This document shows positions 20,364-30,126 of a stretch of DNA of 64,000 bases, in pieces. Under the pieces are notes generated by a model. That model was given only the letters and a program-made list of their open reading frames with translations, did not search any database and had not been told where the DNA came from. The DNA comes from Candidatus Yanofskybacteria bacterium CG10_big_fil_rev_8_21_14_0_10_36_16 (GTDB lineage Bacteria > Patescibacteriota > Minisyncoccia > 2-02-FULL-40-12 > IGHO2-01-FULL-4-A). Positions within the stretch are counted from its first letter, which is position 1. Each line of letters opens with the position of its first letter. The position numbers and the translations under genes were made by a program. The DNA lies in assembly GCA_002794035.1 (NCBI GenBank), contig PCXQ01000007.1, positions 1,785-65,784 on the forward strand. Reading direction: 5' to 3'.

Positions 20364-20394
20364 AAAAAATCCCCCCGCCAAAGCGGGGGGTTTT
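20364..20394. terminator. Bidirectional terminator
   Basis: CCCCCCGC-CAAA-GCGGGGGG flanked by A and T runs. Confidence 0.75.
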
Positions 20395-20434
20395 AGTCCC
20401 CGAAGGGATAAATTCAGTGTTGAGTCAGCAGCGA

Positions 20435-21520
20435 TCAGCTGGCGGCACCCGTCTTGCGGAGCACCTTGCCGCTGGATCCCTGGACCTTTAAGGTCTTGGA
20501 CTTTTTGTTCGGTTTGGGAGCATCGGCTCCCGCACCTTGTTGGCGGCGCCCCTTCAGTTGGGACACCACCGTGACGTCGCCCTCCACCGATTCGTCTTCC
20601 TCGGCCCGTTGAAAGGCCATGGAAATCGCACCGATGGAACCCGGGTGGCAGGATGCCACGCGATCGTCTCCGATCAGCGACCCGTTTTGGACCGCTTCTC
20701 GTGCCGATTCCAGGTCATACCCGGCTTCGGTAAGCTCATTGGCGGTCCGCTCGTGGAGCGACACGCCGTTCCAATTGACCAAGGTCGGCTTGGGCCGGCC
20801 TTGCCAGTTTCGCTGGCGATCCTGACGATCGTTGTTTCCGCCGAAGCCGGTCGGGCGACCGCGATGATCACTGCTGTTCGGATTCCTCTGGCTCTGGGGC
20901 AAGTTTCTTGAGATCTGCTTGCGCAAATCTCCAAGTTTCCACTTGCCGGCGAGCTCTGGCCCTTCCGCCTTCTTGTTCGCATAGGTTCCCCAGCGGATGT
21001 TGAACAGATCACGGCAGCCCTCGCATGCCGTGAACATGAAGAGATCGCTCGGCTTTTCGTTGCCGAACGCCTCTTGGGTCAGGGTTTCCGCCCTGTCCAT
21101 GATCTCGTCCTTCCCGTCGACGCCTTCGACTAGCTTCTCCAAGGTCTTCGCCTTGAATAAGTAGAAGTTACCGCCGACAACGATGGCCTCGCCGTCATCG
21201 CTCTCTCGAGTGATTACACGCGGCTGGAACATTTGGTCGCAGACGGTGCAAGACCGTTGCGGACCGTCAGGCTCGTAGCCGGTGAACAGGCTCATGCCCT
21301 CCAACAGAACCCCCTCGAGGTCGGCCCGGGTCCACAGCCGATTCTCCTTCTGGAGATCGGCGTTGTGGCCACGCATCCGGCCGGGGTCGAACGGCTTACG
21401 CCGAACGTTCATCTTGAGAAGGTTGAATGCCTCCTCTGTGCAGGAGAGATTTACTTCGATCTTATCCCCCTGCTCGGTATAGGCGCGGAACTGAAAGTCC
21501 CGCCGTTCTTCTTGTGCCAT
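20435..21520 (-). CDS. High-GC orphan protein with two CxxC pairs and basic/disordered C-terminus
   Basis: 361-aa ORF, AAAGGAGGTG SD, CTVC and CEGC. Confidence 0.75.
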   Translation of the reverse strand: MAQEERRDFQFRAYTEQGDKIEVNLSCTEEAFNLLKMNVRRKPFDPGRMRGHNADLQKENRLWTRADLEGVLLEGMSLFTGYEPDGPQRSCTVCDQMFQPRVITRESDDGEAIVVGGNFYLFKAKTLEKLVEGVDGKDEIMDRAETLTQEAFGNEKPSDLFMFTACEGCRDLFNIRWGTYANKKAEGPELAGKWKLGDLRKQISRNLPQSQRNPNSSDHRGRPTGFGGNNDRQDRQRNWQGRPKPTLVNWNGVSLHERTANELTEAGYDLESAREAVQNGSLIGDDRVASCHPGSIGAISMAFQRAEEDESVEGDVTVVSQLKGRRQQGAGADAPKPNKKSKTLKVQGSSGKVLRKTGAAS

Positions 21521-21710
21521 CGTGGCACCTCCTTTAAAGTAACGGGTTGAACCGCCAAAATACCCCTGAACTCAACAGAGGAACTGGCGTTTTGAACACG
21601 ATTAATGATTGATTCAACAATCAGAAACGTAGCCAAAATACCAGCTCCTCTAAAACATATTTAATATTTTAAAAGTCCTGTATCTTTCCTATCTTTATCA
21701 GTATATAATC

Positions 21711-21738
21711 ATTATAACAAATTGACATGTTTTGTCAA
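21711..21738 (-). promoter_or_regulatory. Sigma70 promoter with overlapping TTGACA-N5-TGTCAA palindrome
   Basis: TTGACA-16 nt-TATAAT with extended TG. Confidence 0.65.
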
Positions 21739-21871
21739 CCCCGCTCTTGAAATAATTCGGAGTTTTGAGCTAGACCCTTAAAAACCCTTATAAATAGCCG
21801 TTATGTGGGCCTTAAATAATAAAAAGGCCCGCCTGCTTAATTTAATAACACAGGCGGGTTATTAGCCATTC

Positions 21872-23254
21872 CTAGAAACTAATTATATTACCATTTGAAG
21901 GCTTTATAATGCTCCCCAAAAAACCATTTGATAAAATAAGTTTTTCAAGGCCTTCTCGGCCATTTTTTTCTCCATGATTTAATATCACTCGTTTGGGGTT
22001 CAGGTTTTTAACAAAACCAGAGAGCTGGAGACCGTCTGCGTGACTGGTAAGTTCAAATTTCTCAACACGGGCTGAGAGATTGATTTCGTCACCATACACA
22101 TTAACAATTCCTCCGTTTTGACTGGCATGAAAGATTTCATAACCCTCAGTTAGAGGTGCCTGGTATCCGGTAATTCCGAGCATGTTTCTAGTTCTTTCAA
22201 GGAAACGGCCGGATGTTAAGTGGGCTTGAGCGCAACTTCCTCTAACCATCATGCCTGCAGTTGTAACCACTGCAAGAGGATTAGGATTTCCTGAAGATAA
22301 AATCTCCATTCTTTGAGCTCTGTTATAAATTTTAAGCAAATCAATTTCTCCCGAGTTCAAATCAATCCCAGAAGAATGATCTAAATTAGACCAATACCCA
22401 AACTTACTGGCATATACATCGAACATGGTCACACACATGCCATCAATAAAAGGCTTTAATCCTCTACTTAACAAAGCCAGAAAAACATCCGGGCCTCGTC
22501 CGACACCAAAAGCTGGGAATACGGCTTTGCCGTTTCCATTCATAACATCCGATGCAATACGTGCCAATCTGTCTTCTTCAGGATAGCGCTCTACAATGGA
22601 GCGATCTCCATAAGTTGACTCAATAAATAGGTGATCAACCCTGCCGACAAATTCTTCAGGCATTTCCATGCCCCTAACTGTCGGGGTGTCATAAAAAGAC
22701 ATATCTCCTGAAAAACAGGTTATTGTTTCTCCAACTTTAAGGAATATCATCGCTGAACCGCGAATGTGACCGTTTGGCCAATAAAAAGCATCCACACCTG
22801 GAAACAAATTAATCCATCCCGGTTTTTCAATCTTTGTTATTTTCTCACATGCCTTTGCTGCAGCATCTGAAAAAATCAGGGATTCTCTAACACCTTCATT
22901 TTGTTCTTTGATGTATGAGGTGTTAAGCCATAACTGCATCGCAATAGCCGAAGTTGGAACCGTCATATAAATTGACGCTTCGGGATTTTCTTTTAAAACA
23001 TAGGGAATGTTGCCAGTATGGTCAGAGTGAGCATGAGTAATTAATACAGCATGCACAATATAATCTGGCATAATATGGCCCTCTGAATAACTAAACCTCT
23101 CGCCATAATCATCTAAACCGGTTCTTGTCTTAACTCCGGAATCAATTAAAATGTTTCTATTGTTTCCAAGGTCATCCTTTACTCTAACAAGAGTGGCTGA
23201 TGCACCTACTTCATCAAATCCTCCAAGACATTCAAAAGCCTTAATTTCGGCCAT
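21872..23254 (-). CDS. MBL-fold beta-CASP ribonuclease (CPSF/Ysh1-like)
   Basis: THAHSDH, GHIRGS, FSGD, IESTYG, TAGMM, GYQA, SHAD, NHGE; AAGGAG SD. Confidence 0.92.
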   Translation of the reverse strand: MAEIKAFECLGGFDEVGASATLVRVKDDLGNNRNILIDSGVKTRTGLDDYGERFSYSEGHIMPDYIVHAVLITHAHSDHTGNIPYVLKENPEASIYMTVPTSAIAMQLWLNTSYIKEQNEGVRESLIFSDAAAKACEKITKIEKPGWINLFPGVDAFYWPNGHIRGSAMIFLKVGETITCFSGDMSFYDTPTVRGMEMPEEFVGRVDHLFIESTYGDRSIVERYPEEDRLARIASDVMNGNGKAVFPAFGVGRGPDVFLALLSRGLKPFIDGMCVTMFDVYASKFGYWSNLDHSSGIDLNSGEIDLLKIYNRAQRMEILSSGNPNPLAVVTTAGMMVRGSCAQAHLTSGRFLERTRNMLGITGYQAPLTEGYEIFHASQNGGIVNVYGDEINLSARVEKFELTSHADGLQLSGFVKNLNPKRVILNHGEKNGREGLEKLILSNGFLGSIIKPSNGNIISF

Positions 23255-23303
23255 TTCATTTTCTCCTTGTTCTCAAAAAATATTGTAAAACTACTAAATT
23301 ATA

Positions 23304-23332
23304 ATATTACCACTTAAAAAACAAAAAGTCAA
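23304..23332 (-). promoter_or_regulatory. Sigma70 promoter for beta-CASP gene
   Basis: TTGACT-17 nt-TAATAT. Confidence 0.55.
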
Positions 23333-23380
23333 TATAAATTAAAGGCCCGCAAGGTAGTGTTTCCACCTTGCGGGCGCATG

Positions 23381-24322
23381 TTAGCCGGCCATTAGAACCG
23401 GCTCATCATCGGGGGATTCTTCGTCATCCCCCTCTTCGGGAGCTCCCGGGGTCGGGATCAGATTTTGGTCCGACGCCGGCCGCCAGTCTACTGAGGTCGA
23501 AGATTTCTCAACCCCGTTTAAGATCACGTAGTTTGCGAACGTAGCCGGGACTTCCAACCCGTTCGCATAAACCCAGTCGATGGCCTTGTAGATGTCCGTG
23601 GCCTCGTCTTCGGAAATCGGCACAAGGAGCCATGGTGGGACCCACATGCCGTGCTGGAACGTGCCCTCATCCGGATTGAACTCGTCGGTCCGGAATTCTT
23701 CTTCCTTGTGGTATCCATCTTGGTCATACCACTCATAGAAGACCGAGTACGCATGGGTGAACTGGACATACGTCCACGCCCGCTCCTCAGCATACCTCCA
23801 GTAGGGCTGAGGCTGGACCAACTTACAACACCGTCCGTCGGGGTAGAACTCCCGCGCCGCCTCGAAAGGCAACACGACCTTCAGCCAGACTTCCTGTTCA
23901 AGCTCGGGTTCCGAGTCAGGCTGACCCGGAATGGCTCTCCGTTCCACAGGAAGTTCCTCGAGGAAAGGCAATTGACTTAGCCACTCCTCGGGGGTGAGGG
24001 TCAGGTGGAATCCGTTTTGATGACCGTTCCGAGAACTCGGATCGGACATCTTGAACTTCCTCCACTGAATCGATCGCGCGGTCACGGTGATCAGGTCCGG
24101 GACTTCGCCCGGATCGAACACCAAGCCCTGCTTCGATTCTCCTTCGCCAACGAATACCGTAACGGATCCGTCGGCATGGCGCTTTTCCACCACGTCCCCA
24201 TCAGGGGTCATGATGGTCCGGCACTCTCGTTCCTCTCCTCCCTGAGTCGTCCAACGACGGACGACTTCCTTGAAAGCGGGTTTTGTTTCAGAGGCCGCTT
24301 TACCCTCTGTTTCCTTGGTCAT
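23381..24322 (-). CDS. High-GC acidic orphan protein
   Basis: Long ORF; AAGGAG SD before MTKETE; hairpin at 23345-23375 downstream. Confidence 0.75.
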   Translation of the reverse strand: MTKETEGKAASETKPAFKEVVRRWTTQGGEERECRTIMTPDGDVVEKRHADGSVTVFVGEGESKQGLVFDPGEVPDLITVTARSIQWRKFKMSDPSSRNGHQNGFHLTLTPEEWLSQLPFLEELPVERRAIPGQPDSEPELEQEVWLKVVLPFEAAREFYPDGRCCKLVQPQPYWRYAEERAWTYVQFTHAYSVFYEWYDQDGYHKEEEFRTDEFNPDEGTFQHGMWVPPWLLVPISEDEATDIYKAIDWVYANGLEVPATFANYVILNGVEKSSTSVDWRPASDQNLIPTPGAPEEGDDEESPDDEPVLMAG

Positions 24323-24376
24323 TCTTTTCTCCTTCACCAAGTTATCCCTTAATAAAGGGGTTGGTGTACTGATAAT

Positions 24377-24405
24377 ATATTAACAAATTTAGACGCAAAA
24401 GTCAA
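24377..24405 (-). promoter_or_regulatory. Sigma70 promoter for high-GC orphan
   Basis: TTGACT-17 nt-TAATAT with TG. Confidence 0.55.
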
Positions 24406-24486
24406 ATCTGATTTTTTGATATTTTTAACAAAAATAACTCCAAATAAATTCTTGAGTTCTTCACTTTTTTGTGTTATTTTAGCTAG

Positions 24487-26304
24487 ATGAAATCAATATT
24501 TAAGTATCTAACAATTGTATTTATTGTTTTGCTTGTTCTATCCGGTTTTGCGGCTATTTTGCAGTCGCCATTATCTACTGAGAACAAAGATGTCTCGTTA
24601 ACCGGCCTTGCGGGTAAAATTAACAATGGAGAGGTAAAAGAAATAATAGTTAAGGGTGACAATTTAGAAATAACCTTAAATGACGCTACTGAACTTAAAT
24701 CTAAAAAAGAAATCGGGGTTTCAATCACCGAGTCGCTTCTTAATGTTGGGGTAACTGAAGAGGGATTAAATGCCGTTAATATTGATATCCAAAATGAAAG
24801 CGGTTTCGCATTTTACGCCATTAATATTTTGCCAATACTACTTCCTTTCATATTTATCGTATTTATATTCTGGTTCATGTTCCGTCAAGCTCAACGCGGT
24901 TCCATGCAAGCATTTTCTTTCGGTAAATCAAAGGCTCGTCTAGCAACTGAAGGGGGTAAAAAAAGAGTTACCTTTAAAGATGTAGCTGGACTAATAGAAG
25001 CCAAAGAGGAAGTTACAGAGGTTGTAGAATTTCTAAGAGATCCCGACAAATTTAAAAAACTTGGCGCCCGCATTCCAAGAGGCGTTCTTCTTGTCGGTTC
25101 TCCCGGTACAGGAAAAACACTCCTTGCTAAAGCTGTCGCCAATGAAGCAAAGGTTCCTTTCTTTTATGTTTCTGGCTCAGAATTTGTAGAAATGTTTGTC
25201 GGTGTTGGCGCTTCACGTGTAAAAGATACTTTTGAAACAGCTAAAAAAGCATCCCCTTCTATTATTTTTGTAGATGAAATAGATGCAGTTGGACGACAAA
25301 GAGGCGCAGGCCTTGGCGGAGGACATGATGAGCGAGAGCAAACACTTAACCAAATATTAGTTGAAATGGACGGTTTTGATACTGACGATGCTGTTATTGT
25401 AGTTGCAGCTACCAATAGACCCGACACTCTTGACCCCGCTTTGCTTCGTCCGGGCAGATTTGATCGCAGGATAATACTTGACGAACCTTCAATGAAAGAC
25501 CGCGAAGAAATACTAAAATTACACGCAACAGACAAGCCCTTAGCTGAAGATGCCGACCTAAAGGTTGTAGCCGAAAGAACTCCCGGATTCTCAGGGGCAG
25601 ACTTAGCAAACATATTGAATGAAGCAGCTATTCTTGCCGCCCGTAAAAATCAAAAAGAAATAACTAACGAAAATCTTGTTGAAGCTATAGAAAAAGTGAT
25701 ACTTGGTCCTGAAAGAAAATCAAAAGTCTTCAGTCCTAAAGAAAAAAAGATTGCTGCCTTCCACGAAGCAGGCCATGCCCTTGTTGCTAGTTCCCTGCCC
25801 AACACTGATCCCGTACATAAAGTTTCTATAATTTCACGCGGACGAGCTGGTGGTTATACATTAAAACTTCCAAGCGAAGATAGGCATCTTAAATCCCGAG
25901 CTGAATTTGAATCAGAATTAGCAGTACTTTTAGGTGGCCAAACAGCTGAAGAAATCGTATTTAATGAAATAACGACTGGTGCATCAAACGATCTTAAAGT
26001 TGCATCAGATATTGCCAGAAAAATGGTCACTCAATATGGAATGTCCGAAAAATTAGGGCCAATTACATTTGGCGAAAAAGATGAACTTGTATTTTTAGGC
26101 AAAGAAATTACGGCTGACAAAAATTATTCTAATGAAATTGCTTACCAAATTGACCAGGAAGTAAACCGTCTTATTACTACCGCCAAAGAAACTGCCAAAA
26201 AAACAATAAAGAACAAGATAGAAACCCTTAATAAGATAGCCGAAGTGTTAATTGAAAAAGAGACTCTTGAACGAAATGAGTTCTATGCTTTGGTCAAAGC
26301 ATAA
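24487..26304 (+). CDS. ftsH: ATP-dependent zinc metalloprotease FtsH
   Basis: Two TM helices, GSPGTGKT Walker A, FVDEID, RPGRFDR, HEAGH. Confidence 0.98.
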   Translation: MKSIFKYLTIVFIVLLVLSGFAAILQSPLSTENKDVSLTGLAGKINNGEVKEIIVKGDNLEITLNDATELKSKKEIGVSITESLLNVGVTEEGLNAVNIDIQNESGFAFYAINILPILLPFIFIVFIFWFMFRQAQRGSMQAFSFGKSKARLATEGGKKRVTFKDVAGLIEAKEEVTEVVEFLRDPDKFKKLGARIPRGVLLVGSPGTGKTLLAKAVANEAKVPFFYVSGSEFVEMFVGVGASRVKDTFETAKKASPSIIFVDEIDAVGRQRGAGLGGGHDEREQTLNQILVEMDGFDTDDAVIVVAATNRPDTLDPALLRPGRFDRRIILDEPSMKDREEILKLHATDKPLAEDADLKVVAERTPGFSGADLANILNEAAILAARKNQKEITNENLVEAIEKVILGPERKSKVFSPKEKKIAAFHEAGHALVASSLPNTDPVHKVSIISRGRAGGYTLKLPSEDRHLKSRAEFESELAVLLGGQTAEEIVFNEITTGASNDLKVASDIARKMVTQYGMSEKLGPITFGEKDELVFLGKEITADKNYSNEIAYQIDQEVNRLITTAKETAKKTIKNKIETLNKIAEVLIEKETLERNEFYALVKA

Positions 26305-26326
26305 CAAAATTGTTAAAAATATTGTT

Positions 26327-26362
26327 AAAAGTAAAACCCCGCCATGGCGGGGTTTTACTTTT
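26327..26362. terminator. Bidirectional terminator between ftsH and tRNAs
   Basis: Perfect palindrome AAAAGTAAAACCCCGCCATGGCGGGGTTTTACTTTT. Confidence 0.8.
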
Positions 26363-26367
26363 ATATG

Positions 26368-26441
26368 TGGGCGCACTAGGACTCGAACCTAGGACCTTCT
26401 GTGTGTAAAACAGACGCTCTAACCAACTGAGCTATGCGCCC
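26368..26441 (-). tRNA. tRNA-Val(TAC)
   Basis: TCTGT-TTTACAC-ACAGA anticodon arm; full cloverleaf. Confidence 0.95.
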
Positions 26442-26477
26442 CTTAAACGTTTTTATAACCAACAAAACCAAGCCTTG

Positions 26478-26551
26478 TGGGCATGGGTGGACTCGAACCA
26501 CCGACCCCGGCTTTATAAGAGCCGTGCTCTAACCAGCTGAGCTACATGCCC
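26478..26551 (-). tRNA. tRNA-Ile(TAT)
   Basis: CGGCT-CTTATAA-AGCCG anticodon arm; discriminator A. Confidence 0.92.
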
Positions 26552-26669
26552 CTCGTTTAGTACATATTCTATTATTTTAAAACAAAATAGTCAATTTTTT
26601 GTCTTTTAATTTTAAAAATTCGAACCTATGTGTTACTATTGTAGTAGAAATAACTCATTCTTATTTATA

Positions 26670-27356
26670 ATGCACAAGAAAGATAAAGAAAAAACAAGAG
26701 CCAGACAACTAAGAAGCCGCGGGGGTTCTATCAAAGAGATTGCTAGAAAATTAAGTGTTTCTCAAAGCAGTGTGAGTACATGGGTCAGAGATATAAACTT
26801 AACCCAAAACCAAATAAATTTTTTAAAACACAAAGGACATTTAAAAGAAGTTATTAAAAAAAGAATTCAGACAAGATTAAAAAATGAAAAAAATAAAAGA
26901 AGAAACATAATCAATAATCACAAAACCCTATTCCCCAATTACAAAACAACTAACGATAACCTCTTAATAATAGGAACTGTACTTTATTGGGCAGAAGGAA
27001 CTAAAAGCGACAAAAGTCGTATGTTTAAATTTTCCAACAGCGATCCCCACATGATAAAGATCATGATAAATTTCTTAAAAAAAATATGTAGAATTCCCAA
27101 AAATAGACTCAGAGGACATATTCATTTACACCCTCATTTGAATAATAAGGTTGCAGAAAAATATTGGTCAAAGGTATCTAAAATACCCTTAGATCAATTT
27201 TACAAAACCAGTCAATCTTTAAACAAGCGCAGCAAAAACATCAAAGATAAATTACCATATGGAACATTTAATATTGAAATTTGCTCTGTTGATTTATATC
27301 TTAAAATGTTAGCTTGGATAGAAGCACTGAAAGAAAAGACACTGCAAGAAACTTAA
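26670..27356 (+). CDS. HTH plus LAGLIDADG-like domain protein, tRNA-adjacent
   Basis: GSIKEIARKLSVSQSSVSTWV HTH; LYWAEGTK...FSNSDP motif; paralog of 35525-36193. Confidence 0.7.
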   Translation: MHKKDKEKTRARQLRSRGGSIKEIARKLSVSQSSVSTWVRDINLTQNQINFLKHKGHLKEVIKKRIQTRLKNEKNKRRNIINNHKTLFPNYKTTNDNLLIIGTVLYWAEGTKSDKSRMFKFSNSDPHMIKIMINFLKKICRIPKNRLRGHIHLHPHLNNKVAEKYWSKVSKIPLDQFYKTSQSLNKRSKNIKDKLPYGTFNIEICSVDLYLKMLAWIEALKEKTLQET

Positions 27357-27422
27357 CATTTACTTGACTTTTTTAAAATATCATTATAATATAGGAACAG
27401 CTCCAAAGGAGGTGCAGAAAAA

Positions 27423-28361
27423 ATGTCTCACACGCACTTTCAAAATCATAAAAGTACCTTACAATTGCAAATTGAAGCTATATGGGAATTGCTTAATAAT
27501 GACGCTAATGCAAGATCTAACCCAGTACAAGCATCCCGAACCTGTCTTGCTAATCAATTTGGACTAGCACCACAATCGGCATACCAAAAGTCCCTAAAAA
27601 TTATTAAACTTTTGGATGAAAAAGGTAAAATTGAAATTTGTTATAGAAGAGGCAAGGGCCGACCGATTGATTCAGTCGAAATTAAATACAAAGGTGTTTT
27701 AAATTCTGCTGAGTTAATTAACTCCGTTACTATCCCGAATAGTAAAGAGAAAAGGATAACCCAAGCAGTGCAAGATGAGATTTCAGAAATCAAACGCCAA
27801 CTTTCTGTATTAACCTCACAAACTCCTCATAACAGTGCACCCCCTGCTCTACCAGTACAAGAAAAGCCAACTGTTAGAAATGTAGCTGTGTGGATAGACA
27901 CGCCCAACATATCAAAAACGTGCCGTAGCTGTAATATCGAACCTCCATATAGAAAAATAATTGATACCATCAGAGAAAATCTTGGTGATATAGTAATCGT
28001 GGGTGCGTTTTGTAACCAAAATGCTCCAGAAGGTCTGTTAAAAATGTTCAAAACTTTCGACTTTGTCATAATTAATTGCGTAAGCCCGAAATCCGAATTT
28101 ATACAAGGATATGATCCTGTTGATCAAGAAATGGACAGGGTCGCCAGAATGCTGGCAGATGTTGCAAGTTCGCATGTGATTATATCCGGGGATAGAGATT
28201 TTAATCCATTGGCTTCATTTTTGAGAACCAAAGGTAAAACTGTCGGAAGAATGTATGTTGATCAAGAATCTCAAGTTATGAAATTGAGGATCAACGGCAC
28301 AATAATCACAATAGGATGCAAATTTAAGCCTGCCCCTGCCGGGCACGCTATTGCCTATTAA
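27423..28361 (+). CDS. NYN/LabA (PIN-like) domain protein with N-terminal extension
   Basis: VWIDTPNI, DPVDQEM, ISGDRDF; AAGGAGGTG SD; TTGACT promoter at 27364. Confidence 0.8.
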   Translation: MSHTHFQNHKSTLQLQIEAIWELLNNDANARSNPVQASRTCLANQFGLAPQSAYQKSLKIIKLLDEKGKIEICYRRGKGRPIDSVEIKYKGVLNSAELINSVTIPNSKEKRITQAVQDEISEIKRQLSVLTSQTPHNSAPPALPVQEKPTVRNVAVWIDTPNISKTCRSCNIEPPYRKIIDTIRENLGDIVIVGAFCNQNAPEGLLKMFKTFDFVIINCVSPKSEFIQGYDPVDQEMDRVARMLADVASSHVIISGDRDFNPLASFLRTKGKTVGRMYVDQESQVMKLRINGTIITIGCKFKPAPAGHAIAY

Positions 28362-28435
28362 AACATAGGCGCATTACCTCAATTATCCCGGCCCGCCTTC
28401 TTGGCGGGCCAAACTTTTTTTATAATAATTAAAAC

Positions 28436-29161
28436 ATGGACATACAAACAATTTATGAGGATAAGGATCTGCTGATCATAGATAAACCATCAGGTCTTAT
28501 CACTCACAAAAAAAATATTGAAGACGACCAGCCGAGTGTAGTTGATTGGGTTGTTAAAAATTATCCCGAATTAAAAGATGTCGGGGATTTTTTCATGGCT
28601 TCAGGCCATGAAGTCCAAAGAGCAGGCATTGTTCACCGACTTGATAAAGAAACTTCGGGTCTTATGGTTATAGCCAAAAATAATCCGGCATTTGAATACA
28701 TGCAAAAACAATTTCATGACCGAAAAGTTGAAAAACAATATGTTGCTTTGGCAAACGGTGTCCCCCCAAAAAAATCAGGCGTCATTTCCCTGCCCCTTGG
28801 ACGATTGGGCACAATACGAACTACAAGAACTGATGGCGATAAAAAATTGGTAGATAAAAAAGAAGCTGAGACACATTACAAAATTATTAAAACTTATAGC
28901 GAAAATAAATATTCTCTACTTGAACTTACGCCAAAAACAGGCAGAACACACCAACTTCGCGTCCATCTTAAATCAATTGGCGTGCCGATAGTCTGCGATT
29001 GGCTTTATGGAGAAAAAAGGTTTACATGCCCTTCGGAACTAAGACGTCTTTTCCTTCACGCTAAAAAATTATCGTTCACCTCGCCATCTGGCCATGCAAT
29101 ATCTGCCGAAACAGATTTACCGAAAGAATTAGATGACTTCTTAAAAACACTTGTACAATAA
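28436..29161 (+). CDS. RluA/RluD-family pseudouridine synthase (no S4 domain)
   Basis: DKPSG, VHRLDKETSG, TGRTHQLRVH, LHA. Confidence 0.93.
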   Translation: MDIQTIYEDKDLLIIDKPSGLITHKKNIEDDQPSVVDWVVKNYPELKDVGDFFMASGHEVQRAGIVHRLDKETSGLMVIAKNNPAFEYMQKQFHDRKVEKQYVALANGVPPKKSGVISLPLGRLGTIRTTRTDGDKKLVDKKEAETHYKIIKTYSENKYSLLELTPKTGRTHQLRVHLKSIGVPIVCDWLYGEKRFTCPSELRRLFLHAKKLSFTSPSGHAISAETDLPKELDDFLKTLVQ

Positions 29162-29184
29162 TTTTACTTGTGATAGCATAACAA

Positions 29185-29282
29185 AGCCGATGGTATTTCG
29201 GCCTTTACTGCCGAACGAGGCAAACTACCGAACCCCTCGACAGCCCCCGCCCAGGCGAATTGCTGGGCGGGGCATTTATTTT
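29185..29282 (+). ncRNA. Candidate small structured RNA with own promoter and terminator
   Basis: TTGTAC-17-TAGCAT at 29151-29179; GC-rich pairable segments; terminator CCCCGCCCAG...CTGGGCGGGG. Confidence 0.4.
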
Positions 29283-29365
29283 ATCAATTTTAGCCAAAAA
29301 AATTTGCAAAAAATAAAGTTTTGTATTATTATTCCCAAATAAGATACTAGGGAAAATATTCAATT

Positions 29366-29926
29366 ATGGATGCTGTTCAAATATACAATTTAACTCAAAA
29401 ATTAAAAGAATTGCCTGAAATCAGGCCCGGTTTTACTGTTCGAGTACATCAAAGAATAAAAGAAGGAGAGAAATCAAGAATACAGGTTTTTGAAGGATTG
29501 GTTATCGCCAGAAAACACGGCAAGGGTGTAAATAGCACCATAACAGTAAGAAAAACAGCAAGTGGCGTAGGGGTTGAAAGAATATTTCCTCTCCACTCTC
29601 CAGTTATTGAAAAATTTGAAGTTATTAAAATTGCAAAAACTCGCAGAGCAAAACTTTATTATATCCGTGAAAAAGCAGCAAAAGAAATACGAAAGAAAAT
29701 GAAAACATCTCAATTTCAAGACAAACTAAAAGAAATACAAGAACAACAAAATGAGACTGAAAATACCAACTTATCCGCAGAGCAAAATCCTGAAACCGAA
29801 GAAAAAGAAACCATAAAAACAGAAGAGGTTCAACAAGAACCAGAAACAAAAGAAACACCTTCTCAAAAATCGGAAGAAGATAAATCCGACACGTCTTCAA
29901 AGGAGCAGCCACAAGAAAAAAAGTAA
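29366..29926 (+). CDS. rplS: 50S ribosomal protein L19 with acidic C-terminal extension
   Basis: [25 protein letters not shown]. Confidence 0.97.
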   Translation: MDAVQIYNLTQKLKELPEIRPGFTVRVHQRIKEGEKSRIQVFEGLVIARKHGKGVNSTITVRKTASGVGVERIFPLHSPVIEKFEVIKIAKTRRAKLYYIREKAAKEIRKKMKTSQFQDKLKEIQEQQNETENTNLSAEQNPETEEKETIKTEEVQQEPETKETPSQKSEEDKSDTSSKEQPQEKK

Positions 29927-29995
29927 TGCGGACGTGGCGGAACCGGTATACGCGCTACCTTGAGGTGGTAGTGGGAGCAATCCCGTGGAGGTTCA

Positions 29996-30126
29996 CCCCG
30001 CACTTGAAAAGTTGTATATCCTAGGGCACGTGGCGGAACCGGTATACGCGCTACCTTGAGGTGGTAGTGGGAGCAATCCCGTGGAGGTTCAAATCCTCTC
30101 GTGCCCACAACCTTTCAAGTGCGGGG
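29996..30126. mobile_element. MITE-like element with 20-bp terminal inverted repeats and TTCA flanking duplication, carrying a tRNA
   Basis: CCCCGCACTTGAAAAGTTGT ... ACAACCTTTCAAGTGCGGGG (19/20); TTCA at 29992-29995 and 30127-30130. Confidence 0.75.
30024..30107 (+). tRNA. tRNA-Leu(GAG), intact, nested inside the insertion
   Basis: GGGCACG/CGTGCCC acceptor; CTACC-TTGAGGT-GGTAG anticodon arm. Confidence 0.93.

Noticed and set aside
20537-24352. Many overlapping alternative ORFs in the two GC-rich segments
   Set aside because: Expected from stop-codon scarcity at high GC; only the long minus-strand frames have SD, promoter and terminator.
29186-29235. GCCGATGGTATTTCGGC resembles the 5' part of a fluoride riboswitch
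   Set aside because: The conserved 3' UGAUG...CUAC segment is missing and no fluoride-related gene follows; kept only as an unassigned RNA candidate.
29863-30108. Minus-strand ORF with a repeated peptide (PPRDCSHYHLKVARIPVPPR x2)
   Set aside because: It is the antisense translation of the two nested tRNA-Leu copies.
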